This document shows positions 18,468 through 18,978 of a DNA stretch of 18,978 nucleotides, one piece after another. A model generated the notes under the pieces. The model worked only from the letters and a program-made list of their open reading frames with translations. It had not been told where the DNA came from and did no database searches. How positions within the stretch are numbered: the first letter of the stretch is position 1; every line of letters starts with the position of its first letter. The DNA is from Candidatus Krumholzibacteriia bacterium. Lineage in GTDB: Bacteria; Krumholzibacteriota; Krumholzibacteriia; WVZY01. The stretch is taken from the NCBI GenBank assembly GCA_046754105.1, contig JBHHVD010000064.1, forward strand, positions 1-18,978. The letters are read 5' to 3'. A program made the translations under genes and the position numbers.

Positions 18468-18799
18468 AGCTCCCCCCCGTCCGGATCGCTACATCATCGC
18501 TCTAGAATGGCGGCTTACCTTATTCAGTATCCGCGCCGCGCGTTTACGTCAAACGCCAGCGCCCGATGGTAAAGGGGGTAATCGTCTCTACAGCTGCTTT
18601 GGCACCGCTTTGCAAGGCCAAAGCCCTCCTGAAGATTCAACCCGTACAGGCCCGGGCGCTTGACCGATACACGGGTTACACCGCCGGCACTCGGAATCTC
18701 CAGCCGGCTGGCCCGAACACCATGGGCTACGACGGGAAACACTTGCCAAATGCGACCAGGAGCCGAGGCGAACCCTTCATGCGAATTCTCAGCCGCAGC

Positions 18800-18978
18800 A
18801 GCGGCCACGCAAAGCTTGTAGCTCAGACAGGGGTCGAAGTTGATCTGCCGGCCGTATTCGGCCACTTCCCGGTCGATCAGAACGGTTCCCAGAAAGATGA
18901 AACTGCCGAAGGTGGAATGAATCACGTTGCGGTGGATGCCGATCTTGCCAAGACCCGCCGCCTCCGCGACCTTCTTGT
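18800..18978 (-). pseudogene. QueG/reductive-dehalogenase-like 4Fe-4S protein fragment, broken within the first Fe-S motif; runs off the window end
   Basis: KKVAEAAGLGKIGIHRNVIHSTFGSFIFLGTVL..FDPCLSYKLCVAA. The expected CxxCxxCxxxCP reads CLSYKLCVAAAA and is followed by unrelated sequence to a stop at 18524. Confidence 0.72.

Overview
GC-rich bacterial window. The secreted proteins with Myxococcus-type Cys-rich repeats suggest a Binatota/Myxococcota-like deltaproteobacterium, which is an inference. The most notable element is a two-gene redox module on the minus strand. A CPTC thioredoxin-domain fusion protein (12824-14338) is followed by a selenoprotein that the ORF track splits at an in-frame UGA (12255-12788; D-U-G-S-C-T-T-C). 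A SECIS-like hairpin follows the UGA, and the motif resembles the glycine-reductase selenoprotein B (GrdB) active site. Other content: an apparently leaderless, possibly autoregulated RHH/Zn-finger operon (small helical protein, alpha/beta hydrolase, SnoaL-like protein); an mPGES-2-like GST next to typA; a SlyD-like PPIase with a signal peptide; large secreted proteins with lineage-type C-terminal domains; and a HigBA-type toxin-antitoxin pair with a frameshifted toxin. About eight gene remnants have sharp junctions: integrase, sigma54 activator, M6 protease, toxin, methyltransferase, two back-to-back headless genes and a QueG-like Fe-S protein. No rRNA, tRNA or CRISPR array was seen.
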